Source: an uncultured Actinomycetota bacterium
Lineage (GTDB): Bacteria > Actinomycetota > Actinomycetes > Mycobacteriales > Mycobacteriaceae
Reading direction: 5' to 3'
Assembly: GCA_963832935.1 (NCBI GenBank)
Contig: CAWHWA010000010.1
Span: 62,242 to 126,241 of the forward strand
DNA length: 64,000 nt
Of this stretch, positions 34,574-46,496 are shown piece by piece (the first letter of the stretch is position 1; each line of letters opens with the position of its first letter). The position numbers and the translations under genes were made by a program. A model generated the notes under the pieces. The model worked only from the letters and a program-made list of their open reading frames with translations. It had not been told where the DNA came from and did no database searches.

Positions 34574-34993
34574 TCAACCCGTCTCGCGCAAGCGGCGCTT
34601 GATGCGGGCCAGCATCGCCGACATGCCACGCAACCGCAGCGGACTGATTAACGCGGCCAGACCCAGCTCGGTGTAGAAATCCTCGGGCACTGCCAGGATG
34701 TCGGCGGCGGGTTGTTCATCGAGGCCGGCGGCCAGGATCGAAGCAAATCCGCGCGTGGTCGGCGCTTCGGCGGGAGCGCTGAAATACAACCGCACCCGAG
34801 TGGGATCCTGCGCGTCGACATGCAGAAACAGCGGCGACTGACATTCGGGAACGGGCTCCATCGCCGCTTCGGCCAGATCATCCGGCAGGTCCGGCAGGTC
34901 GTCGGCGAACTCCAGCAAAAGCTTGAGTTTGTCCTGGCCCTGCACTTCGGCGAAGTCGGACACCACCTCGGCTAGGGGAGCGGGCAGGCTCAT
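34574..34993 (-). CDS. SufE-family sulfur acceptor (Rv3284-like)
   Basis: [17 protein letters not shown]. True start MSLPAPL at 34993. Confidence 0.88.
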   Translation of the reverse strand: MSLPAPLAEVVSDFAEVQGQDKLKLLLEFADDLPDLPDDLAEAAMEPVPECQSPLFLHVDAQDPTRVRLYFSAPAEAPTTRGFASILAAGLDEQPAADILAVPEDFYTELGLAALISPLRLRGMSAMLARIKRRLRETG

Positions 34994-35003
34994 CGGACAG
35001 CCA

Positions 35004-35894
35004 TCAGGCCGGTACTGCTCCGGGGCCCTCGCCCGCGACGATCGGCACCCGCACGGTGTTGCCCCACTCGGTCCACGAGCCGTCGTAATTGCGGACGTCG
35101 GGCTTGCCCAGCAGGTGGGTGAGCACGAACCAGGTGTGGCTGGATCGCTCGCCGATGCGGCAATACACGACGGTCTTGTCCTCGGGGCCGAGGAACCCGT
35201 ACAGCTCGTCAAGCTCCGCACGGCTGCGGAATCGACCACTCTCGTCGACCGCCTTGCCCCAGGGAATCGATCGGGCGGTGGGGATGTGCCCGGCGCGCAG
35301 CGCGCCCTCTTCGGGGTAGTCGGGCATGTGCGTGCGCTTGCCGGTGTACTCCTCGGGCGAGCGGACGTCGATCAGCGGCTCGCTGCCGAGGATGCCCAGC
35401 ACGTCGTCTTTGAAGGCGCGGATCGGCGCATCGTTGCGCGCCACGACGGGATAGCCGGTCGAGGTCTTGGTCGGGACCTCGAGGCTGGTATCCCGTCGGT
35501 CGGACACCCATAGATCACGCCCGCCGTTGAGCAGTCGCACATCGGGGTGGCCGAACAACGTGAAGACCCACAGCGCGTAGGCGGCCCACCAGTTGCTCTT
35601 GTCGCCGTAGATCACCACGGTGTCGTCGCGGGCGATGCCCTTGCGGTTCATCAGATCCGCGAACTGCTCACCGGTGATGTAGTCGCGGACTCGCGGGTCG
35701 TTGAGGTCGGTGTGCCAGTCAATCTTGACCGCGCCGGGGATATGACCGACGTCGTAGAGCAACACGTCCTCGTCGGATTCGACGATCGCCAGACCGGGCG
35801 AGCCCATATGGCCGGACAACCAGTCGGCGGTGACTAATCGTTCGGGGTGGGCGTAGTCCGACAGGGTGGGACTTGAATCGGGAGGAAGCGGCAC
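35004..35894 (-). CDS. sseA: Thiosulfate sulfurtransferase
   Basis: [24 protein letters not shown]. Confidence 0.93.
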   Translation of the reverse strand: MPLPPDSSPTLSDYAHPERLVTADWLSGHMGSPGLAIVESDEDVLLYDVGHIPGAVKIDWHTDLNDPRVRDYITGEQFADLMNRKGIARDDTVVIYGDKSNWWAAYALWVFTLFGHPDVRLLNGGRDLWVSDRRDTSLEVPTKTSTGYPVVARNDAPIRAFKDDVLGILGSEPLIDVRSPEEYTGKRTHMPDYPEEGALRAGHIPTARSIPWGKAVDESGRFRSRAELDELYGFLGPEDKTVVYCRIGERSSHTWFVLTHLLGKPDVRNYDGSWTEWGNTVRVPIVAGEGPGAVPA

Positions 35895-35904
35895 AAGTCA
35901 AAGC

Positions 35905-36561
35905 CTACCCACCCCGATTTTGCTGAAACCGGTTGTCCGCCCACAGCGCGGCGATGGATAGGCCCGCGCGGTGCAGCAGTGAGCGCGTCAGCGGCAGTCC
36001 GATTCCCACCACGGCCGACGGGTCGCCGTCGACACCGTCGATGAACCATCCGCCCAGGCCGTCCAGGGTGAAGCCACCGGCGACCCGCAACGATTCCCCG
36101 TCGGCCAAGTACGCTTCCAGGTCGTCTGGCGATGGCGTTCCGAAATGCACTGTGGTGATTGATGTTTGCGCTTCGGAGTGAGAAATTTCGTTGTCCAGCA
36201 ACCGGATAACACAATGGCCGGTATAGAGCTGACCGGACCGCCCGGCCATCGACTGCCAGAGCTGACGCGCAGCTGCGATGGATTGCGGTTTGCCGCACAG
36301 CTGGCCGTCGAGGTAGAGCATCGAATCACAGCCGATGACAACACAATCCGCCGCGACGGTGCCATCCAGCTCGCCCGCCACCTGCTCGGCCTTAGCCCGA
36401 GCCAGCGCGCAAACCACTTCGCCGGGTGAGGCTTTCGGTCCCAGACCCGCGATGAGGCCATCCTCGTCGACGCCGGAGACGATGACCAGTGGATCGATGC
36501 CCGCCTGACGCAGCACCTTGAGGCGCCCGGTTGAGGCCGACCCGAGTACGACCCGGGTCAA
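35905..36561 (-). CDS. maf: Maf-family nucleoside triphosphate pyrophosphatase
   Basis: VVLGSAS, IGCDS, GKP, AGGF, VVGIGL. TTG start overlaps the accE5 stop. Confidence 0.88.
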   Translation of the reverse strand: MTRVVLGSASTGRLKVLRQAGIDPLVIVSGVDEDGLIAGLGPKASPGEVVCALARAKAEQVAGELDGTVAADCVVIGCDSMLYLDGQLCGKPQSIAAARQLWQSMAGRSGQLYTGHCVIRLLDNEISHSEAQTSITTVHFGTPSPDDLEAYLADGESLRVAGGFTLDGLGGWFIDGVDGDPSAVVGIGLPLTRSLLHRAGLSIAALWADNRFQQNRGG

Positions 36562-36833
36562 CGCTTCAGATGCGCGATTTGCTGCATGGTGAGCCGCTGA
36601 TAGTTGGACATCTCGTAGCGCAGCTTGTCGACCGGAAGTCCCCAACGGGTGCTCTCCGGCTGCGCGGGTGGCGGTGCACCCCCGACGCTGCCCAGCACGG
36701 TGATCAACGCGGCCAGCTCCGGGGCGGTGGGACGGCCCCGCAGGATCTGGATGTGCGGCTGGTGCGGCGCCGCGGTGTCGGCACTCTTGTCACTCACTGG
36801 GACTGAACCGTTCGTCTCGTTCCCGTCACTCAC
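36558..36833 (-). CDS. accE5: Acyl-CoA carboxylase epsilon subunit
   Basis: [26 protein letters not shown]. Confidence 0.85.
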   Translation of the reverse strand: MSDGNETNGSVPVSDKSADTAAPHQPHIQILRGRPTAPELAALITVLGSVGGAPPPAQPESTRWGLPVDKLRYEMSNYQRLTMQQIAHLKR

Positions 36834-36840
36834 TCCCGAC

Positions 36841-38481
36841 TCACAGTGGAATGTTCCCGTGCTTCTTCGGCGGCAGGTGGGCGATCTTGCGTTCCAGCAG
36901 GCGCAGCGCCGTGGCGACGTAGCCGCGGGTGTGCGACGGCGGGATGACCGAGTCGACGTAGCCTCGCTCGGCGGCGACGTACGGGTTGACCAACGTGTCC
37001 TCGTACTCCTGCTGCAACTGCAGCCGCAGCTCGTCGACGTCCTTGCCTTCCTTGGCCGCCTCGTTCAGCTGCTTGCGGTAGACGAAGCCGACCGCACCGG
37101 AGGCGCCCATCACCGCGATCTGCGCGGTCGGCCAGGCCAGGTTGACGTCGCAGCCCATGTCCTTGGATCCCATCACGCAGTAAGCGCCGCCGTAGGCCTT
37201 GCGGGTGATGACGGTGATTTTGGGGACGGTGGCCTCACCGTAGGCGAACAGCAGCTTGGCGCCGCGCCGGATGATGCCGTTGTATTCCTGGCCGGTGCCC
37301 GGCAGGAAGCCAGGGACGTCCACCAGCATGATGATCGGGATGTTGAAGCAGTCGCAGGTTCGCACGAACCGGGCCGCCTTCTCCGAGGCGTTGATGTCCA
37401 GGCAGCCGGCGAACTGAGTGGGCTGGTTGGCCACGATCCCGACCGGCCGGCCGTCGACGCGGCCGAATCCCACGACGATGTTCTGCGCGTAGCCCCCCTG
37501 GACCTCCAGGAACTCGTCGTCGTCGAGGATGCGGGTGATCACCTCGTGCATGTCGTACGGCTGGTTGGGCGAGTCCGGGATCAGCGTGTCCAGCTCGAGG
37601 TCCTCGTCGGTGAGGTTGTCTTCGATCGAACCTTCCGGAGCCGGCACGGCGTAGCGGGGCGGGTCGGTGAAGTTGTTGGGCGGCAGGTAGCCCAGCAGGT
37701 CGCGGACCCAGTCGAAGGCGTCCTGCTCGCCGGAGGCGACGTAGTGCAACGTGCCCGACTTCGCCATGTGCGTGTGTGCCCCGCCGAGTTCCTCCATGGT
37801 GACGTCCTCGCCGGTGACGGTCTTGATGACGTCGGGCCCGGTGATGAACATCTGGCTGGTCTGGTCGACCATCACCACGAAGTCGGTCAGCGCCGGGGAG
37901 TACACATGCCCGCCGGCCGCGGCCCCCATGATCAGCGAGATCTGCGGGATGACGCCGGAGGCCAGGATGTTGTTGCGGAAGATCTTGCTGTACAGGCCGA
38001 GCGAGACGACGCCCTCCTGGATCCGTGCGCCCGCGCCGTCGTTGATGCCGATCAGCGGGCGACCGGTCTTGATGGCCAGTTCCTGAATCTTGACGATCTT
38101 CTCGCCGTACACCTCGCCGAGGCTGCCGCCGAACACCGTGGCGTCCTGGCTGAAGATGCACACGTCACGGCCGTCGATGGTGCCGTAACCGGTGACCACG
38201 CCGTCGCCGAGCGGGCGGTTGCTTTCCAGGCCGAAGTTAGTACTGCGGTGCTTGGCCAGCGCGTCGAGTTCCACGAACGAGTCGTCGTCCAGCAGGGCGT
38301 AGATGCGCTCGCGCGCGGTCAGCTTGCCCTTGGCGTGCACCTTCTCGACGGCGGCCTCACCGACCGGATGCAGCGTCTCTTCCCTGCGCTTGTGCAGCTC
38401 GGCCAGCTTGCCTGCAGTGGTGTGGATGTCGATGGTGTGCTCGGCAGCGGGTTCCGCGGTGTGGTCGGTAACGCTTGTCAT
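36841..38481 (-). CDS. accD5: Propionyl-CoA carboxylase beta (carboxyltransferase) subunit
   Basis: [37 protein letters not shown]. Confidence 0.95.
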   Translation of the reverse strand: MTSVTDHTAEPAAEHTIDIHTTAGKLAELHKRREETLHPVGEAAVEKVHAKGKLTARERIYALLDDDSFVELDALAKHRSTNFGLESNRPLGDGVVTGYGTIDGRDVCIFSQDATVFGGSLGEVYGEKIVKIQELAIKTGRPLIGINDGAGARIQEGVVSLGLYSKIFRNNILASGVIPQISLIMGAAAGGHVYSPALTDFVVMVDQTSQMFITGPDVIKTVTGEDVTMEELGGAHTHMAKSGTLHYVASGEQDAFDWVRDLLGYLPPNNFTDPPRYAVPAPEGSIEDNLTDEDLELDTLIPDSPNQPYDMHEVITRILDDDEFLEVQGGYAQNIVVGFGRVDGRPVGIVANQPTQFAGCLDINASEKAARFVRTCDCFNIPIIMLVDVPGFLPGTGQEYNGIIRRGAKLLFAYGEATVPKITVITRKAYGGAYCVMGSKDMGCDVNLAWPTAQIAVMGASGAVGFVYRKQLNEAAKEGKDVDELRLQLQQEYEDTLVNPYVAAERGYVDSVIPPSHTRGYVATALRLLERKIAHLPPKKHGNIPL

Positions 38482-38545
38482 GGGAGTCGATGCTATCGGC
38501 AGTCCCATCTGTTGCTCTTAACCAGCCCTTAAGTAGTCTCCGCTG

Positions 38546-40113
38546 ATGGGCGTCGATTGGGCCGAAGAACACGATGTGTTGGTGGCCGGGTCCGGTGGCG
38601 GGGGTGTCACCGGTGCCTACACCGCGGCGCGCGAAGGCCTCGACGTGCTGCTCATCGAGGCCACCGACGAGGTTCGGCGGCACCACCGCCTACTCCGGCG
38701 GTGGCGGGGTGTGGTTCCCCGGCAATCCGGTCCTGGTTCGCGCCGGCACCGACGACACCATCGAAGACGCGCTGACCTACTACCACGCCGTGGTCGGCGA
38801 CCGTACGCCGCGCGACCTCCAGGAGACCTATCGTCCGCGGCGGCGCTCCCCTGATCGAATACCTGGAGTCCGATCCCGACCTGAAGTTCGTGCCGTTGCC
38901 GTGGCCTGATTACTACGGGAAGGCGCCCAAGGCGCGACTGGACGGCCAGCGCCACATCGCGGCAAAGCCGTTGAAGGTGGCCGCCGCGCCGGAATGGCGC
39001 GACGCGATTCGCGGGCCGCTGGACACCGATCGGCTCGGCGCCGAAACCCCGCCCGACTACTACCTCGGGGGCCGCGCCCTGATCGCGCGATTCCTCAAGG
39101 CCATTGGGCAGTACCCGACGGCGTCGCTGCAGCGCGACACCACCCTGGTCGAACTGGTGCTGTCGGACGGCCGGGTCGCCGGGGCGATCGTCGAGACCGC
39201 CGGTGAGCGCCGCGCCATCCGCACCCGCCTGGGCGTGCTGCTGGCGGCCGGAGGCTTCGAAAACAACGAGGAGTTGCGCCGCGAGTACGGGGTGCCGGGC
39301 GTGGCGCGAGACACCATGGGCGGCCCAGGAAGTCGTGGTCTGGCGCTGCAGGCCGGCATCGCCGCGGGCGCGGACACCGACCTGCTGGATCAGGCGTGGT
39401 GGTCGCCGGGCATGACCCATCCCGACGGTCGTTCCGCGTTCGCGCTGTGGTTCACCGGCGGCATTTTCGTGAACCAGTCCGGGAACCGGTTCGTCAACGA
39501 GTCCCGGGCTTACGACCGGGCCGGCCGCGAGATCATCGCACAACTGCATGACGGGTCAATCACGTTGCCGTACTGGATGATCTACGACGACAAGGAGGGC
39601 GAGGTGCCGCCGGTGAAGGCGGCCAACGTCAGCATCGTGGAGACCGAGAAGTACGTCGCCGCCGGCTTGTGGCACTCCGCGGACACCCTCGAGGAATTGG
39701 CCGGCAAGATCGGGGTGCCGGGTCCTTCGCTGGCGGCAACGGTGGCCCGGTTCAACGGTTTTGCCGCCGCCGGCGTCGACGAGGACTTCGGCAGGGGCGA
39801 CGAGGCATTCGATCGCGCATTCTCGGCGGGCGCGTCGCCGCTGGTGTCCATCGACCGCCCGCCCTATCACGCCGCGGCATTCGGCCTGTCCGATCTGGGC
39901 ACCAAGGGCGGGCTGCGCACCGACACCGCGGCGCGGGTGCTCGACACGTCCGGCAACCCGATTCCCGGCCTTTACGCGGCGGGTAACACGATGGCCGCGC
40001 CGAGCGGCACCGCCTATCCCGGCGGGGGCAATCCGATCGGGACCAGCATGCTGTTCAGCCACTTGGCCGTCTTGGATATGCGCGACGCCATGCGAGACCG
40101 GCGCTCACCCTAG
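38546..40113 (+). CDS. kstD: 3-ketosteroid delta-1-dehydrogenase-like flavoprotein (frameshifts ~38670 and ~38830)
   Basis: VAGSGGGG, GGTTAYSGGGG, WPDYY, RFVNES.AYD, DLGTKGGL, YPGGGNPIG. Confidence 0.75.
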
Positions 40114-40124
40114 GCTGGACGGCG

Positions 40125-40961
40125 ATGGATCGGGAATCACTGAGGCCGCCCCTGGATGCGGCCGCACTGCGAAGCGAGCTCGTCGGGACCGGATTGGGTT
40201 GGCGGCGCCTCGATGTCGTCGAGCAGACGGGTTCCACCAACGCCGATCTGCTGGCACGCGCGGCGGCGGGCACCGACATCGCCGGAGCGGTGTTGATCGC
40301 CGAGCATCAGACCGCCGGCCGCGGGCGACACGGCCGCGGCTGGTCGGCTTCTCCGCGAGCACAGATCACGATGTCGGTCGCGGTGAGCGTGGTCGACGTC
40401 CCGGTCACGGGATGGGGCTGGCTGCCGCTGGCCACCGGTGTGGCAGTGGTCGACGCCGTGACGCCGCTGCTGCAGGGGACCGGTATGGAACTGGGCCTCA
40501 AGTGGCCCAACGATGTGCTCGCCGGCCCGCCGGATTCCAAGGGTAAGTTGGCGGGAATCCTGGCCGAGGTCGCGCGCCCGGTTGTGGTGATCGGCTTGGG
40601 GCTCAACGTAACTCAGGCGCCTGAGGAGGTCGACGGGCCCGGGGCGACCTCGCTGCTCGACCTGGGCGTGGCCGCGCCCGACCGCGACCAGCTGGTCCGC
40701 GGCGTGTTGCGCGAGCTCGGCGGGCGGATCGTCGCGTGGCAGGCCGCCCGCGGGGCCGATTGGCAGTTGGCGGCCGACTACCGTGCGCGCAGCCTGACCA
40801 TCGGCACGCGGGTGCGCGCTGAGCTCCCCGGCGGCAAGGAAATCGTCGGGACCGCCAGCGCTGTCGACGATCACGGGAGACTGTGCCTGGAGACAAAAGG
40901 GGCAGCCGGGAACGAGACCGTCGTCGTTTCGGCCGGTGACGTCGTCCATTTGCGGGGCTAA
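40125..40961 (+). CDS. birA: Biotin-protein ligase
   Basis: GSTNADL, QTAGRGRHGR, LKWPND, KLAGIL. Confidence 0.95.
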   Translation: MDRESLRPPLDAAALRSELVGTGLGWRRLDVVEQTGSTNADLLARAAAGTDIAGAVLIAEHQTAGRGRHGRGWSASPRAQITMSVAVSVVDVPVTGWGWLPLATGVAVVDAVTPLLQGTGMELGLKWPNDVLAGPPDSKGKLAGILAEVARPVVVIGLGLNVTQAPEEVDGPGATSLLDLGVAAPDRDQLVRGVLRELGGRIVAWQAARGADWQLAADYRARSLTIGTRVRAELPGGKEIVGTASAVDDHGRLCLETKGAAGNETVVVSAGDVVHLRG

Positions 40962-40970
40962 TGTCACGAC

Positions 40971-41489
40971 ATGAGCTATCCCGATAACGCCCTGGCCGCC
41001 GGCGAACAGGTAGTCATACATCGCCACCCGCACTGGAAGCGATTGATCTGGCCCGTCGTGACTTTCATCCTGGTGACCGGGCTGGCGGCGTTCGGGTCCG
41101 GGTACGTCAACTCGACGCATTGGGAGCAGGTCACCAAGAACATCATCCACGGCGTCGTCTGGGCGATCTGGTTGGTGATCGTCGGCTGGCTGACGCTGTG
41201 GCCGTTCTTGACTTGGCTCACCACACATTTCGTCGTCACTAATCGCCGGGTGATGTATCGGCACGGAGTGCTGACCCGCAGCGGAATCGATATCCCGCTG
41301 GCACGGATTAATAGCGTGGAATTCCGGGACAAGATTTGGGAGCGGATGTTTCGCACCGGGACGCTGATTATCGAGTCGGCGTCACAAGATCCGTTGGAGT
41401 TCTACAACATTCCGCGGCTGCGCGAGGTGCACGCGCTGCTGTATCACGAAGTTTTCGACACCCTCGGTTCCGAGGAGTCACCGAGCTGA
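40971..41489 (+). CDS. Bacterial PH-domain membrane protein (Rv3278c-like)
   Basis: HRHPHWK, two TM helices, FVVTNRRV, DIPLARIN. Confidence 0.85.
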   Translation: MSYPDNALAAGEQVVIHRHPHWKRLIWPVVTFILVTGLAAFGSGYVNSTHWEQVTKNIIHGVVWAIWLVIVGWLTLWPFLTWLTTHFVVTNRRVMYRHGVLTRSGIDIPLARINSVEFRDKIWERMFRTGTLIIESASQDPLEFYNIPRLREVHALLYHEVFDTLGSEESPS

Positions 41490-42103
41490 CCCGACCGGCT
41501 CGTCCGGTTGCGCCAGGCGCGCAGCAGGGTGACGTTGCCGTCCTCGATCTCGTCCTCGAAGACCTCGGCGATCCCGCCCGCGGTGAGCGCGGATTCCAGC
41601 GCCTTGTCGGGGTTGCGGGCGAACTGGTCGGGGAATACCCAGCGCCGGAACGCCCAGAAGCGAAACGCCATCTGCAGCAGGTTGCCGATGATGTAGGCCG
41701 AAATGAAGTCGGCGATGTTTTCCACGGTCAGCGACACCATCGGCTCCCGCAGCTGCAGGATGTAGCTGGAAACCCACAGTGGCGCCATGCTCAGCAGCAC
41801 CCCCACTCCGCTGAACGCGAAGAACAGCAGCGCCTCGTGATGGCGTTCGCGGCCGCCGCGGTTGCGGAAGCTCCACTCCCGGTTCAGCACGTAGGACGCG
41901 ATGACCGCGACGATGCCGGCGATCACCTTGGCCGTGACCGGCTTGGTCTCCAGAATCGACAGCTTAAGGGTGTAGAAAATTACCGAGTCGACAATGAACG
42001 TGGTGCCCCCGACGATGGCAAATTTGATGAATTCATGATGGCGCTGCGCATAGGGCTGAAACACCTGAGGCAAGCGCGCGATTGTGGCATCGGCGAAGGA
42101 CAC
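41444..42103 (-). CDS. GtrA-family membrane protein (Rv3277-like)
   Basis: KFAIVGG, LNREWSF, FRRWVF. Start estimated. Confidence 0.85.
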   Translation of the reverse strand: MSFADATIARLPQVFQPYAQRHHEFIKFAIVGGTTFIVDSVIFYTLKLSILETKPVTAKVIAGIVAVIASYVLNREWSFRNRGGRERHHEALLFFAFSGVGVLLSMAPLWVSSYILQLREPMVSLTVENIADFISAYIIGNLLQMAFRFWAFRRWVFPDQFARNPDKALESALTAGGIAEVFEDEIEDGNVTLLRAWRNRTSRSGQLGDSSEPRVSKTS

Positions 42104-42213
42104 AACACGTGAGTGTACGGTCGGACACAAAAATGGCGCAAAATGTTACCTAACGATTTCGCATCGGAGCCGGTCAACACGCCTTTCGGCACGAGTTTGT
42201 GTGCCGTGACACC

Positions 42214-43433
42214 ATGATGGCCGTGCCGAATACACGCACCCCGTTGGTCGCCATGGTCGGCGGCGGTCAACTCGCCCGGATGACACACCAGGCCGCGATC
42301 GCACTGGGCCAGCGCCTGCGAGTGCTGGCCGAGTCCGCCGATGAGCCTGCCGCGCAGGTCACCCCCGATGTGGTGATCGGGTCGCACACCGACCTGGAAG
42401 ACCTGCGCCGGGTTGCCGCCGGCGCCGATGCGCTGACATTCGATCATGAGCACGTCCCGACCGAGTTGCTGGAGAAGCTGGTCGCCGAGGGCGTCAACGT
42501 GGCACCGCCGCCGCACGCTTTGGTGCACGCGCAGGACAAGCTCGTGATGCGGCGCCGGCTGGAGGCCCTCGGCGCCGCGGTGCCGCGCTATCGCGGCCTG
42601 GATTCGCTCGACCGCCTCGACGAGCTGGACGCGTTCGCGCGCCGAGTCGACGCGCCCGCTCGTGGTCAAGGCGGCCCGTGGCGGTTACGACGGCCGCGGC
42701 GTGCAGCTGGCGCGCGACCTGGCGCACGCCCGGGAAATCGCCCGCGCATACCTGGCCGACGGGGTGCCGGTGCTGGTCGAGGAGCGGGTGGCACTGCGCC
42801 GCGAATTGGCGGCGCTGGTGGCCCGCTCGCCGTTCGGTCAGGGTGCGGCGTGGCCGGTGGTGGAGACGGTGCAGCCGACGGGATCTGCGTGCTGGTGATC
42901 GCGCCCGCGCCCGAGCTGCCCGACGAACGTGGCCGCGGCCGCCCAGCAGCTGGCGCTGCGACTGGCGGCCGAACTCGGCGTGGTCGGCGTGCTCGCCGTC
43001 GAGCTGTTCGAGACCACCGACGGCGCACTGCTGGTCAACGAGCTCGCGATGCGGCCGCACAACTCCGGGCACTGGACCATGGACGGGGCGCGCACCAGCC
43101 AGTTCGAACAGCATCTGCGGGCGGTGCTGGACTACCCGCTCGGCGACACCGATGCCATCGCGCCGGTGACGGTGATGGCCAACGTGCTGGGTGCCGACGC
43201 AACAGCCGGAGATGACCGTCGACGAACGGTTGCACCACCTGTACGCGCGGATGCCCGAAGCCCGGGTCCACCTCTACGGCAAGGCCGAGCGCCCGGGCCG
43301 CAAGGTCGGGCATATCAATTTCGTGGGCGACGACATCGCGGACTTGCCGAAGCTGCGTGAGCGCGCCGAGCTGGCGGCACACTGGTTGTCACATGGGCAG
43401 TGGACGGACGGATGGGATCCGCATGAGCAGTAG
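42214..43433 (+). CDS. purK: N5-CAIR synthetase (several frameshifts)
   Basis: [44 protein letters not shown] across frames. Confidence 0.9.
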
Positions 43434-43938
43434 ACCCCGTGTCGGGGTGATCATGGGCAGCGACAGCGACTGGTCGGTGATGCAGGACGCCGCCGCGGCG
43501 CTGGCCGAGTTCGACATCCCGGCCGAGGTCCGGGTGATCTCGGCGCATCGCACCCCGGGCGTGATGTTCGACTACGCGCGCGGTGCGGCCGACCGCGGCA
43601 TCGAGGTGATCATCGCGGGCGCCGGGGGCGCCGCCCACCTGCCGGGCATGGTCGCCTCCGCGACACCGCTGCCGGTGATCGGGGTGCCGGTGCCGCTGGC
43701 CCGGCTGGACGGCCTGGACTCGCTGCTGTCGATCGTGCAGATGCCTGCCGGTGTGCCGGTGGCCACGGTCTCCATCGGCGGCGCCCGCAACGCCGGGTTG
43801 TTGGCGGTACGGATTCTCGGATCCTCCGACCCGGCGCTGCGGGCCCGGATCGTCGCGTTCCAGGACCAGCTGGCCGAGAGCGTGCGGGCCAAGGATGCGG
43901 CCTTGCAGGAGCTGCAGGGTAAAGTTACCGGCGAGTAG
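43423..43938 (+). CDS. purE: N5-CAIR mutase
   Basis: [32 protein letters not shown]. Confidence 0.97.
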   Translation: MSSRPRVGVIMGSDSDWSVMQDAAAALAEFDIPAEVRVISAHRTPGVMFDYARGAADRGIEVIIAGAGGAAHLPGMVASATPLPVIGVPVPLARLDGLDSLLSIVQMPAGVPVATVSIGGARNAGLLAVRILGSSDPALRARIVAFQDQLAESVRAKDAALQELQGKVTGE

Positions 43939-43961
43939 CAAGAGGGCTAGGAGATCTCAAG

Positions 43962-45132
43962 ATGGCTGGATGGGCCGGAACACCCCGACTTCGATCTGTT
44001 CCAACTACCCGAGGAACACCAGGAGTTGCGGGCGGCGATTCGGGCGCTGGCGGAGAAGGAAATCGCTCCGCACGCCGCCGATGTGGACGAGAATTCCCGC
44101 TTCCCGCAGGAGGCGCTGGACGCGCTGAACGCCTCGGGTTTCAATGCGGTGCACGTGCCCGAGGAGTACGGCGGCCAGGGCGCGGACTCGGTCGCGGCCT
44201 GCATTGTCATCGAGGAGGTCGCCCGGGTCGACACTTCGGCTTCGCTGATTCCGGCGGTGAACAAGCTGGGCACCATGGGCCTGATCCTGCGTGGCTCCGA
44301 CGAACTGAAGAAGCAGGTTCTGCCCTCGATCGCCGATGGCACCGCGATGGCGTCCTACGCACTGAGCGAGCGCGAGGCCGGCAGTGACGCGGCATCGATG
44401 CGCACCCGCGCCAAGGCCGACGGGGACGACTGGATCCTCAACGGCGCCAAGGCCTGGATCACCAACGGCGGCAAGTCGACCTGGTACACCGTGATGGCCG
44501 TGACCGATCCCGACAAGGGCGCCAACGGCATCTCGTCGTTCATCGTGCACAAGGACGACGAGGGATTCACCGTCGGCCCGAAAGAACGCAAGCTCGGCAT
44601 CAAGGGCTCACCGACCACCGAGCTGTACTTCGAGAACTGCCGCATCCCGGGCGACCGGATCATCGGCGAGCCCGGTACCGGCTTCAAGACGGCGCTGGCC
44701 ACCCTGGACCACACCCGTCCCACCATCGGCGCTCAGGCCGTGGGCATCGCGCAGGGCGCGGTCGACGCTGCCATCGCGTACACCAAGGATCGCAAGCAGT
44801 TCGGCGAGTCGATCAGCAATTTCCAGGGTGTGCAGTTCATGTTGGCCGATATGGCGATGAAAACCGAGGCCGCGCGGCTGATGGTCTACAGCGCCGCCGC
44901 CCGGGCCGAACGCGGTGAGTCGAATCTGGGCTTCATCTCGGCGGCGTCGAAATGTTTCGCCTCCGATGTCGCGATGGAGGTCACCACCGACGCCGTGCAG
45001 CTGTTCGGCGGGGCCGGCTACACCATCGATTTCCCGGTCGAACGGATGATGCGTGACGCCAAGATCACCCAGATCTACGAGGGCACCAATCAGATTCAGC
45101 GCGTGGTGATGTCGCGGGCGTTGCTGCGCTGA
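43962..45132 (+). CDS. fadE25: Acyl-CoA dehydrogenase (5' indel ~43980)
   Basis: MAGWAG.P.FDLF N-terminus, ALSEREAGSD, KAWITNG, IYEGTNQIQR. Confidence 0.9.
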
Positions 45133-45277
45133 ATGTTTTTCGGGACCCGATGGCCAGAAAACTCAGGCCACCTAATAGGATCGAGCGCTACTGAGCCAAG
45201 GGCCCGACCGTGGCCGTCGAGGGGTGCGAGCATGACGAGGTACATGGTGTCGCCACCGCACCCTGACCGGGGAGTCG

Positions 45278-46496
45278 GTGCCCGTGCATAGCCCTGTCAC
45301 CCCGGTGCCCGTGCGTACCCCAGTCACCCCGGCGGCGAACTCGCAGACATTATCGCTGCTATTGGTCGAAGACGACCGGGCCGACGCCGTGATCGTCGAA
45401 GACTTGATTGCCGACGCGAGCGACGACATCCGGGTGGTTTGGGCACAGTCGATGGCACACGCCGAGCGGGAGCTGGCGTTAGCGCGGCCCGACTGCGTAC
45501 TGCTGGATTTGCACCTGCCGGACGCCAACGGCATGGACGCTTTGGACCGCATCGCGAAACGCGACGCGACGGTTCCGATCGTGGTGCTGACCGGTTTGAA
45601 CGACGAGTACTTCGGGGCTTCCGCGGTCGCGGCCGGGGCGCAGGATTATCTGGTCAAGGGACGCGTCGAACCCGAAATGCTGCGCCGCGCAGTGCTTTAC
45701 GCGATCGAGCGCAAGCGGGTCGAGATCATCGCCGCGGATCTGCACGCGAGTCAGCTTCGGGCCCGCGAGAACGCCCTGCTGGAACGCGGCCTGCTGCCCT
45801 CCCCGTTGTTGCTGGACAAACCCGGTATCGAGATTGTCGCCCGGTATCGGCCGAGTCGCGAGGACGCGCTGCTGTGTGGCGACTTCTACGACGTCGTGCA
45901 AACGGCGGACCGGGTCGTCCATGTCTTGATCGGGGACGTCGCCGGGCACGGGCCCGACGAGGCGGCCCTGGGCGCGGCGTTGCGGATCGCTTGGCGGGCA
46001 CTGACATTCGCCGGCGTGCGGGGTGCCGAACTGATGCGCCAGCTCGAGCGGATACTGCACGCCGAACGGACCGGCACCGGTATCTTCGCGACGGTGCTCA
46101 GTCTTGAGATCTCGCCCGACAGCCCGCGCGTCACCGCGATCCGGGCCGGTCATCCGGGGATGCTGCGACAAGCCGGCGGGACGGTGGAATGGATCGAGCC
46201 GGCGGCCGGCCCGGCGCTGGGCCTGAATGCCGACGACTGGCCGCAGCAGGAGCTGGAATTGCCGGTGGGGCAGGGACTGCTGCTGCTTACCGACGGCCTC
46301 TTCGAGGGATATTGCGGAACAGGCAACGAGCGACTCGGGGAGGACGGTCTGCTTGCACTGGCTCGTTCGCACTCGGGATTGGCCGGTCCGGCGTTCGTGG
46401 ACGCGCTCATTGACGGCGCCGGGGAACTCGCCCAGCCGCGCGGCGGGCTCACCGATGACATCGCCGTTCTGCGCGTGGAACGGACGCGCGACATGA
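45278..46496 (+). CDS. Response regulator receiver fused to a PP2C/SpoIIE (RsbU-type) phosphatase
   Basis: LLVEDD..LLDLHLPD..VVLT..K receiver; GDFYD, GDVAGHG, AGHP, TDGL, DDIA phosphatase motifs. Stop position inferred. Confidence 0.88.

Noticed and set aside
36625-38532. Long antisense ORFs (e.g. 635 aa opposite accD5, 523 aa opposite hglS, 520 aa opposite lhr)
   Set aside because: Shadow ORFs typical of high-GC codon bias, with no recognisable motifs.
45277-45330. Imperfect 27-bp tandem duplication at the left edge of the accessory block
   Set aside because: Encodes a Pro/Val-rich N-terminal repeat. No matching copy was seen at the other boundary, so it is not an att site or target duplication.
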